A DNA stretch of 20,000 nucleotides from Vermamoeba vermiformis (lineage: Eukaryota): NCBI GenBank assembly GCA_045837725.1, contig JBEWZL010000022.1, positions 119,715 to 139,714 of the forward strand. The letters run 5' to 3'. Both the position numbers and the translations under genes were made by a program. A model generated the notes under the pieces. It was not told the DNA's origin. It worked only from the letters and a program-made list of their open reading frames with translations, and ran no database searches. Every line of letters starts with the position of its first letter. The stretch's first letter is position 1. Positions 1-9,353 of the stretch are shown here, piece by piece.

Positions 1-65
1 GTAACAAAAGCAAGGGACACGAGCAGCAAAATGATGGCGCCCGATGCTAATAATTGTAGTCGCAT
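1..65 (-). CDS. 5' end of a gene running off the left edge; N-terminal signal-peptide-like sequence
   Basis: Minus-strand ATG at 65 reads MRLQLLASGAIILLLVSLAFV(T), a basic residue followed by a hydrophobic core. It is divergent from the transporter ATG at 364. Only 21 codons are visible. Confidence 0.5.
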   Translation of the reverse strand, partial: MRLQLLASGAIILLLVSLAFV

Positions 66-363
66 AAATCTAACTCGTGCTAAGTTCAAATGCAAATAAT
101 CGTGCGAGGACAACAAATAATTGTGTGCTTCTCTTATCATAATGGCGCCATAATAATCAAAACACACCTTCCAACCGGTTTAAACGATCAATAGCAAGCT
201 ATACTAACAACGAATGGTTATTATGGTATTATTTGCGAATGTTCCTTCTTGTTGCGATTGAGTTCCGTTGCGAAGATTTTGATCTGAATTCAGTTTATTT
301 TATTTTCAGTGCGTGCTTGCCAGTAGACCACAAATAGGCCAATAATATATATAGCACAAAGTC

Positions 364-2574
364 ATGGCATTTGCATTCATTCTCGTGCTGGGCATGCTCG
401 TGACGGGTACGCAGAGATCATCACCGGCAGATCTCGATCGAATCCACTGAAATAATGAATTAATAATATTATAGGCACGCTCAACACACTTGTAAAAAAG
501 CTGCAAAATGAGTCACTAGCCGAAGGCATTCATGGAGACATTCATAAATTCACTCATCCTTGGTTTCAAACTTGGGTTATGTTTATTGGTGAGTTAAGCA
601 TACCGTTAGAATATATTATTTATTTACATAGCGTTACAATAATGAACGCTAATTTTTAACCGCAAGAAAGGTCAGATCCGATCAGCGTAAAATTGATTTT
701 CGCTTCTACGTGCAGAAAATTCCTCCGAAAATTATTATATTCATTACTTAAATTTATAGAGGCCTATTGAGTGTATTTTGACAGTATTAGAAAGTTCCAA
801 CGCGAATTACAGAATCACTTTCCATTAACCGGCCGTTTATATCCGTATTTTCCATTTTATTAATGTAATTTTCGTATTAATAGGCGAGGCACTATGTCTG
901 ATAGCATATGCTTTCACTCAAATGCGAAAGAAGCGCGAAGAAAGCCGTCCCATTTTTTCAGTTAACGAAAGTCCCTTCGTTGAGTAAGTGATGGTCAATA
1001 ATACGCATTGTATTGCTACCGATAATATAACCAGCAATATATTTATAAGCTGATATTTTTAATCAAATTTTAAGACAGTTAGCGTAAAATGCGTAAATTT
1101 TCGATAACGATGCAGCACCGTTCATAAGGACCAAAATAATATGACCGAATTATTTACGTTACTATAGTACTTAATTAACGCGTATTTATCACTCAGACCG
1201 AAGAAAAAGAGCTGGTTTTCATTCATTTTTATCTTGCCCACTATTTGCGACTTGGCAGGCACAACTTTAGCCGGCATTGGTCTGTTATATACTGATGCCT
1301 CTGTCTGGCAAATGGTACGTTAATATATTAATACTATAGATCTTATTAACTGATGTCATAGCTCCGTGGATCCATCATTATTTTCAGCGGAATTCTGTCG
1401 GTCATTTTCTTGAAGCGAAAAATGTATTTCCATAATTGGTTAGGCATGGGCATTGTCACTGCTGGCTTGCTCGTGGTCGGAACATCGAGGTATAGTCGCG
1501 CCAGATCATAAATAAATATCTGTGGCTAACTGCGAATTTTTCACAGCATTCTTCAGAGCCAAGCCAAAACAGTCATTTCGTACGTACAAAAATATTTATG
1601 ACCAGCAGCTTTATGTTAATGTTATTGATATAGTGGTCCTCCTCACGGCGCAGCGTTTTTTGACCAACCGACGAGGTAGGTTCTCGAGTACTGTGCCAAT
1701 ATCGTGGCTAATATTTTTGTGTTAGCGGCACTCCTCAAGGCGAGACCAAAACGGATCCGACAATTATTCTCGGAATTGCACTTATTCTCGCTGGTCAGCT
1801 CGCCAGTACGTACCAATATACTCGCTAATTAGTCTTTGCAAATATTTACGTGCGTGTCTAGATGCCGTTCAAATGGTGGTCGAAGAGACATTTTTGAAGA
1901 AATCAGGATACGCGCCATTGAACGTTGTCGGCATGGAGGGCTTGTGGGGTGTGATTCTAATGACTGTTATTATCTTGCCTATTCTCTACTTCATTCCTGG
2001 CACTGACAATGGCTCGTACGAGAACGCGCTCGACGCCTTCGTGCAGATCGGTAACTCCACGTCATTGTTGATCTTCAATGTTGGGTACTTGTTGTCAATT
2101 GCCTTTTACAACTTCTTCGGTCTCAGTGTCGCCAAGAAATTGACCTCAGTTCACCGCACACTTATTGACGGTACGTGCTACATTCGTCAAAACATGACGT
2201 CTCGGATCTGGATCTTGCATGTTTTTTAGCAAACCAACCTTCACCCCTATTCATATTCATATATTAATTATTATATCACAGCTTGCCGTACTATCTTCGT
2301 ATGGGGCTTAAATCTTGCGCAGTACTACTTGATCTTTCAATTCAACCCCACGAAAATTCCTCGCTATGGTGAGCCGTGGACGGACTACAGTTACGTGCAG
2401 CTCGGTGGCTTCGTGTTGCTCGTGTTCGGCACGCTGATCTACAACGCAGTCATCAAAGTGCCGTGCTCGACGTACTTGACTGCCGCGCAACAAGCACAAC
2501 AGAACGCAGCTGTTGGCAAGCCGGAAGATGAACAGCCTTTGTTGCAAGAGAAAGAGCTCGAGCAGGATATTTAA
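364..2574 (+). CDS. SLC35F6: SLC35F6-like drug/metabolite (nucleotide-sugar) transporter, 10 exons
   Basis: GT-AG exons approx. 364-406, 475-588, 884-983, 1197-1314, 1362-1489, 1547-1579, 1634-1675, 1726-1805, 1862-2170, 2282-2574 join into one frame. Family-like motifs: GMLVTGTLNTL, HPWFQTWVMFIGE, LPTICDLAGTTL, ASVWQMLRGSIIIFS, AVQMVVEE, VVGMEGLWG, SIAFYNFFGLSV, HRTLIDACRTIFVW. Multiple hydrophobic TM segments. Confidence 0.88.
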
Positions 2575-2883
2575 ATATGGATTGAATAAATTATTGGTAA
2601 ATATAATCATGATTTATTTGAAGGTGCCTCAAAAATGTTGGATCGAGATCTCTTATTAACAAAGTGCTTTACTCCTTAAAAATTATTCGGTGGATTGAAT
2701 TCTTAACATTTTGGTATTCAGTTAATTATTGTACGAGCAAAGGCACGTGCGTCAGATCGGAAATTTTCTGCTGATCTGTTTTTTGGTTCTTTTTTCTTCA
2801 GGCCCAAACAGTTGAAAGCACCTCCCTTGTCCTATAGTGAATTATTGTAAATATAATAATCAGGTGCTACCTAAGCTAATACA

Positions 2884-4446
2884 ATGCGACGAAGCACGGG
2901 CCCAAGTCCTTTCAATCTCTCCACCATTGAAGAACGAGATCGACAGAAAACTCACAAGCGAAAGCGATCCAGCGACGGTTCTCACGATGAAGAGCATAAT
3001 AAGCGCACTAAAGTAGATAAAAATGCTCCTGCAAATAACAATGCACCAGCTGCACCCAAATCCGTTGAAACTGTAGATCTGGCAGCGTCAGAAAAAGGAG
3101 GAGTAAGTCATTATTATACCTTATTCATGTATAAATATAATTTTACTAATTCTTTAATTTATCAAAAGAATCCAGAAGAAACAAATTCAGCGCAAAATTC
3201 TCCAGCAGCAGGTAAGTGTTAATTTTGCGTAAAACGAGGAAATAATATTATAATATCCAATGTCAAAATTATTAGGGCCCTTTAAAGGGTTATTGAAAAT
3301 ATTTTGAATTTTATTTTCTTTTTCTGGATTGACTGAACGGAAATCTTTGTGATTTTCAATTCTATTAGGACTTTTGTATTAATTAATTATTATAGTCAAG
3401 CCATTGCTCACTCTTCCAGCACTATCTGAAGTTGCTGTGCATCTCGACACGGATTTGCAAAAGATCGAACAGGATTACAAACAGGCGCTAGAAAGAGCTA
3501 AAGAGACGCAAAAAAATGAACGATTAAGACTGTGCGAACAAATGGAGCGTGAATTGAAAGAGAAGGAACAAGAATACAAAGATCTGCTCAAAAAATGGGA
3601 CATGCAAATCACTTGCGGCCTCTGCTACGATCAATTTTTACGCGTAAGTACATAATAATATAATCAGACTAATATATGATTATATATTCTAACGTAAATT
3701 TCACTTGTCAGTCACAAATCCCGGATCTGAAGTACTTCCCTTGTCACAGCAAGAACTACTATTGTCTGTCGTGTTACTGCAAGATGTTCAAAGTGTCAGC
3801 GTACGGCCACAGCTACAGACTGTGGGTCGAATGTCCGCTCTGTCGCTCCAAGTGGTGGACAGATGTGCAGACCTTTAACGACCACAACGGCGTGCGTGAA
3901 GGCTCCTCGGTGCAGACCTTGCCCGCACAGCTGTCACCATTCACAGCGCGCGACGTTCCTGTAGCCAACTCGGGCATCGCGCACTTCTTCTCGCAGTACA
4001 GAAGCACCGTGCGGCCACCACAACAACCGACTGCGCAGTCACGCGGCACGAACAGATTTGTGTTGGACGACGACGATGACGAGCAAGACGAGGACAACAC
4101 TGGCGACAGCGAGTCAGACTTGTTGCAGTCATTCGCGCAGAGCTTGCACGACACGCTGAACGATCGCAACAGCAGCAACAACGCGACGAATGCTGCGAAT
4201 GACAATCACACGAACATTGTGAACAATGCCGTGCTGCCTGGCAATGTCGGGCACGCTGGCAGCACAGCACCACGCGCGATTAGGCCTGGAAATGATTACC
4301 GCATCGTTGATTTTTTCCCGTGGGATCAGCAGTCGAGTTCAGCTGCCTCGCCGTATGTCATTTCAGATCTGGACGATGACAGCGACGATGATGATGACGA
4401 TGAAGATAACGAGATTGGATATGCAGGCGTGTATCCATATGGTTAA
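2884..4446 (+). CDS. Coiled-coil + atypical RING-finger protein with acidic low-complexity tail (putative E3 ligase), 4 exons
   Basis: Exons approx. 2884-3102, 3169-3211, 3396-3643, 3712-4446. Basic NLS-like HKRKRS and a coiled coil (LQKIEQDYKQALERAKE...). After splicing: CGLC-x16-CHSKNYYCLSC-x19-CPLC. Acidic and Asn-rich C-terminus. Confidence 0.75.
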
Positions 4447-4833
4447 AGAATACTGCTATTGTACAAATGATGTGCTGTAAATATGTCGCAGAAAACTTGT
4501 AAATACAAAAGGGTGTAATATCCTTAAACAATCATGATCTTATTAGATCCTATTATTATAGTGCTTGTTGATGGCATTGTTATTTGAAAATCTAATCTTG
4601 TAAGTGTCATCGTGTCAAAGAGCGGAAATGGGGCGTTGGACTTTTGGGCTTGTGCGATTAATGTAATTAATTAGCCTAACTCCCCAAATATCTATCGCAT
4701 TCTCATTGGGGTCTCAACCCCTACGCTCCATTATTGGGGTGCAAAAAAGTACAAAAGCAGATCTGCTCCTTCATTCTCTTCATCAAAACAAAACGACAAC
4801 CACTCAAGACAATAAGCAAAACAACTCTTAACT

Positions 4834-5304
4834 ATGTCTCTTCAAATTCGCAAGGCTCAAAAGGAGATGGAAGAGTCCTCCAACTACAAACAGTTCTTCA
4901 CCGTCATGAAAGACATCGTGCCCACCGTCGAAGTGATCGTAGACAGCGAGAGCATTAAGAAGCTCGAAGGCACTGGCAGATACAACGGCAACGACGAGTC
5001 AGTGCCCCTCGTATTGTTCAATGTCCTCAGAGGCTACTTCTGGAAAGGCATTTCTAACGCATTCCGTGACGCGTTGAACGACGACATGGCCAAGGAAGCT
5101 GCGGCCGATGCAATCAAGCGCGTGACCGTGACATTCGTGCAAAATGACGAGCAGAAAGGATACGGCTGGGAGCTGGCCAAGACACAAGACAAGGACTGGA
5201 CATTGAAGGTCATCAAGAACTGGAAGGGCCTCGTGTTCGATACGGAATTCAACACGTATCCTAACGCTCCTGAAATCAAGGACCAACTGCTCAAGTCTCT
5301 GTAA
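4834..5304 (+). CDS. Intronless 156-aa protein of unknown function
   Basis: Clean ATG-TAA ORF with a strong preference for C/G-ending codons (AAG, GAC, TTC, AAC, ATC), an A/C-rich leader and a downstream AATAAA near 5366. No family recognised with confidence. Confidence 0.8.
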   Translation: MSLQIRKAQKEMEESSNYKQFFTVMKDIVPTVEVIVDSESIKKLEGTGRYNGNDESVPLVLFNVLRGYFWKGISNAFRDALNDDMAKEAAADAIKRVTVTFVQNDEQKGYGWELAKTQDKDWTLKVIKNWKGLVFDTEFNTYPNAPEIKDQLLKSL

Positions 5305-5535
5305 TATCATAATAATACTGATTTTATTCTCGCTAATTCGCTGTCATTGAGTTCTGATCCTCAAAAATAAAGCTGCATATTGAACTGAATACTCTTTTGA
5401 ACACTGACTCGTTGTGCGTCTAATTAATCTTTAACTGAATTCTCGATGCCCAAGGCTGTCCAGCTATTTTTGGATTTAGTGTCAGTGCGCAATGAGCCAT
5501 TACAAGGCAGGCCTCACAAAGCTATCATCAAAGTG

Positions 5536-7436
5536 CTACAGTCTTCCCCCCGCATTACGACGCCATTCCAATAGCCTACCAATGATAGGCGGCCAAATCG
5601 ACTTTGGGCACAAATCACGGAGAATTGGTAGGATCTGAAAGAATGATAAGATTATTGCAATAGGAATAAATAACTACGTACACTAGGCAGCTCGTGTTCA
5701 ATGTAGTACACAGCATAAGTATGTCTGCCAGTTCCGATATTAGTATTTGCAATCCAATCGATCACTGAGGCCGCTATTTCATCGGCCACGGCTTGCTCAT
5801 AATTCTCGTTGTTTTTCAGCAATTTTTTGACCAACGAAGCAAACAGACTCGGTAGTTGTGTGTTGTCTGCAAACAAGTTGTTAAATAAGCTTAAAACATG
5901 TACCATATTTATATGTGCTTACTGTATTCGGTCTTAATGATATTGAGAACCTGCGTCAGGTGTTGTGTGACAAACTCTTTGCTTGAATCTGCAATAATAT
6001 CTCGTAGCAGTGTTATTAAATCTGTGGGGCCGTGCAAGCGAACGCGTTCCTTATAGTCCAAGTCTGAGTCTGACTCTTCTTTCCATTCTTTCAATTTAAT
6101 GTCCCGAGTGTCGCCGTCACTCGCATTACTATCATAGTCCATCGAGTCCGAGCTGTGGCCTGAAAAGGACTCTTCATCTTCTATAGGCATAGCATCTCCT
6201 CCGTAGGGTTCGTAAATGTCTTCGCCAAATTCAGCTCGCATTCGATGTAATCTATTTCCTATTAAGGAAATTAAAGCTGATAGAGAGCTTTCAGGCACCT
6301 CTTCGATTTGCCTAATGTTTGAATCCAAAATAAGTTGTTCGATGGCTTCAACTTGCTCTATTTGGTACTCTTCAAGCAAGGTGCATAATAAACTTCGGCT
6401 ACATTTTGCTACCGCGCCAAAAAATTTTCCATTGCCCGGATCTGTGACGATGTATAATACTAGGTCCTTGTACTACCAAAAAGTATAATTAATATATTGC
6501 ATCATCATTACTATCTATGTATCCTCCTTACCTCAGCGATTCTATCGCAAGCAATGGCAAACTTTGCTATAATTTTATCAACTTGGTGTTGTTCATCGGC
6601 ATCACCTGCTTCATCGCCGAGTTGCTCTAATTGATCGAAAATCTTGTTCTTTTGCTCTTCCGTGAATACATAACTTAAATTGATGTTATGTTACGAAATA
6701 ACATATCTTGCTTGCAATCTGCTGTTGAAGAATTTCATAGTGATACAAGACCAGCATTTTGTCGTTCGATGGCCCGGTTGGCATCGGCAAAGAATCGAAC
6801 CTGAATTCGCATTAGATACTGTGGTGAAAAAAACGCAATCTCTCCTCTTACCCGCTAATCAATTTGCCAACCTCTTCATCAAGCTTCATAGATCGGGTGA
6901 AGTAGCTAATGAGCAGCAGTATCAAATGGTCGCGAGTTGTCTTGGGCGGGTAGATCCGTTGCAGAACTTTCAGCGATGACGAACCCATATTGTGTGATTC
7001 TAATAGGAAGCTAATTTGTAATTACATTATTGCATTATTAAGCATGCAACTTACGTACTTTGTCAAAATAACTCTGCACAGTGCTTCTGACATGCGACTT
7101 TACAGTTTGGTCGAGTATCTTAGTCATTGTTGATTAGTTACAATCATTAGGCCCATTTGATAGTATATTTACCAGCTCGTGTTCGATAGGCCAGGTCATT
7201 AATGCATTAATTAACAAGTGAAAGACTTCATTCAGCGTGTCAATAACTGGGACTCGTTCAGCTTCAAGACTTGGCCACTCTGCCTCCCTGCACAAATTAA
7301 TTCGGGCTGGCGACCGTTTAGCCAGCCAGCAAAGTTGCAACCTGGCCACAGCTGGCGGAATGGAAGGTCGGCACAGCTGGCGGAAATAGCGACGGCACAG
7401 ATAGAGGTATACGCGACTGGCCCAGATCCGGTGGTC
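5536..7436 (-). CDS. Multi-exon protein of unknown function (accessory gene B); 5' structure uncertain, possibly partly degenerate
   Basis: Splice-bounded exons approx. 7173-7436, 7055-7118, 6852-6999, 6716-6800, 6532-6673, 5923-6472, 5682-5866, 5536-5634. They give helical and acidic sequence (ILDQTVKSHVRSTVQSYF..., YVFTEEQKNKIFDQLEQL..., ILPILRDLCPKSIWPPIIGRLLEWRRNAGGRL*). The junction near 6674-6716 cannot be joined with a canonical GT-AG intron. An alternative ATG exists at 7127. Confidence 0.6.
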
Positions 7437-7606
7437 TATTTTAAGGTACGCCAAATATGGTAATTCAATATTTATTTATATATTACAATAGTAATTACAA
7501 TTTTCTATAGTAAACGCGGTGATGATTGTACATGCGATGCTGTGCTCCTGAAATAAATCAAATTAATAACGGATCTGATCTAACCTGAAGTTATTCGTAC
7601 TTACTT

Positions 7607-9228
7607 TTACTTGCCAACAGCGAATGACGTTGTGGTTCGGGTGCGAGTACTCACTGTTATTAGCAATCAGTCAGGTATTGTACGTATTTGTAACGGAGTT
7701 CTTACCGCGAACTGTTCCGCTGGAGTGCAGCGTATTGTTGTTATTGTTGTTTGATTGAAGGGCTTCGTTAGAGCGCTGCTGATGTGTAGATGAAGTCGCA
7801 CCCTTTTCAGGAGTGTTGTTACGATAGGCAGTGTCTGTTAAATTGTAAGAATTGCCGTTGATTGACACGTGTCACGTACCATTACACGGCTCTACCGGCT
7901 CAGCCATCTCATTGGCACCACTGCCCTCGTCAACTAAATATATTTAATGAGAATCTAAGTATTTTGCCTACAACTTGACATTACCTTGGATTGGCGGAAC
8001 TGCTTTCGGTTTCTGACCACGCTTTGGAGCTGTCAGAGCTTTAGGAGCAGGATTTGGCTCTGAATGCCACGTTAGTAATGACACTGACGTACAATATTTG
8101 TTTTCTTACCGTCGGGTGCCTCGCCAGCAGCTTGAAGTGGATTCAACGCAAAGTACTTCTCAACGGTTGTCATTTGACCGATTTGAGAACGGGCTTCAAT
8201 CTTATTCGGGAAAGCTACTTAACTGATTAATACTAATAATATAGACTATGAATACTTACTTGAAGCGAAGACCAACCTGTCCCTGATGAATGCGGCGATC
8301 GGATCTGGCATCGATATATTTTTTGACGATTTGATCTTGGTCTTGAACGTGTAGAATGCCAAGAAGACGTGTCTGATGAACTCCTTGCCATCTGGTGTTC
8401 GATAGAAGCTGGCATTATTGCGAAATTGCTCCAGAGTCTTTTCATTTGTCGGATCGAAGAGCTCTGCAACAATTTTATCGCAAGCCTCAGTACGGCGAGT
8501 GTTGAACCAAGTTATGACCTAAAATAATAAATTAATATACACTTACAATATATTAGGTTGCTTACTTACTTCTTCAAAGACCAAATCCACATCCGCTTCG
8601 GAGATGCGAACAACATTGTTGTTCTTCAACCAAGTCTTTGATTCGTCGTCCTTACGGAGTGTTGGATACTCTAAGAAGGCATCCAACATGTCTCCAACTT
8701 TTTCTTTCAACAGCTGTGCCTATAATGAAGTTAAAACGAGTTCAAAACTTGTAACGCGCGTACCCATCGAGACTTGGGTGGATCCTTTTGAGCAACTACC
8801 CAACCATCAATGCTCTGTATCGTTTCTTTAGGGAGCCTTTTCATCATATTGAATATGTCCCCGCTGATCAGGCCTCTTCGAAGCATCGCGATGTACATTT
8901 CGTACTGCGCTTCCGTAAAAGTACTGAAATGATCGCTTAGTAGAGTTTTTAAAAATATAAAAGCGGTTGAAAAGGTACTTACATATCAGGATGAATGTCT
9001 TCTAGCCTCCTGATGAATATTAAAAATTTAGTAAGCAAGATCCGCTCAAGATCGAGTACCGAAAAAAAGACAATTTGCTAAAAATAAACTGAGAGGAGGA
9101 AATATCGATTTCTAGTGCTTAATATATATTAAAAATTTAATTATAATAGCTGAGACGTACCTTCTCTTGGCAGGAGGATCGGATGCGGTATCTGAAACTT
9201 GGTCTAAGGAGCGCTTCTCTCCGGACAT
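7607..9228 (-). CDS. Multi-exon putative nuclear/DNA-binding protein (accessory gene A), about 10 coding exons plus a 5' UTR intron
   Basis: ATG at 9228. GT-AG splicing yields one open frame: MSGEKRSLDQVSDTASDPPAKRRRLEDIHPD...EEVITWFNTRRTEACDKIV..., then a low-complexity P/S/N tail to TAA at 7607. It has a bipartite NLS-like N-terminus. An intron-like segment at about 9243-9295 lies upstream of the ATG. Confidence 0.72.
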
Positions 9229-9353
9229 GACTACTGCTTGATCTACGTATTTATAGAATTAGTTAGAGCATTGATTAATTTCGAGTTGTTGCTTACATTT
9301 AGCAATTTTTAAGAAATTTGAACTTCAAAAAAATTCGGTTGGCGTTGACCACA

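Noticed and set aside
3813-5310. Antisense or alternative-frame ORFs overlapping the RING and 156-aa genes (and similar ones inside gag/pol/YR)
   Set aside because: Shadow ORFs caused by codon bias of the real genes; no recognisable motifs.
4994-5412. 11-bp inverted repeat ACGAGTCAGTG (4994-5004) / CACTGACTCGT (5402-5412)
   Set aside because: One arm is inside an intact ORF, the orientation is wrong for TIRs enclosing the interval, and there is no TSD; probably chance.
5402-5487. CACTGAC...GTCAGTG as a tiny MITE
   Set aside because: Only 7 bp and the flanks (GAA vs CGC) show no target-site duplication.
7340-7410. Short spaced repeats as a CRISPR-like array
   Set aside because: Only 2-3 degenerate units with about 10-nt gaps in eukaryotic DNA; better explained as a coding tandem duplication.
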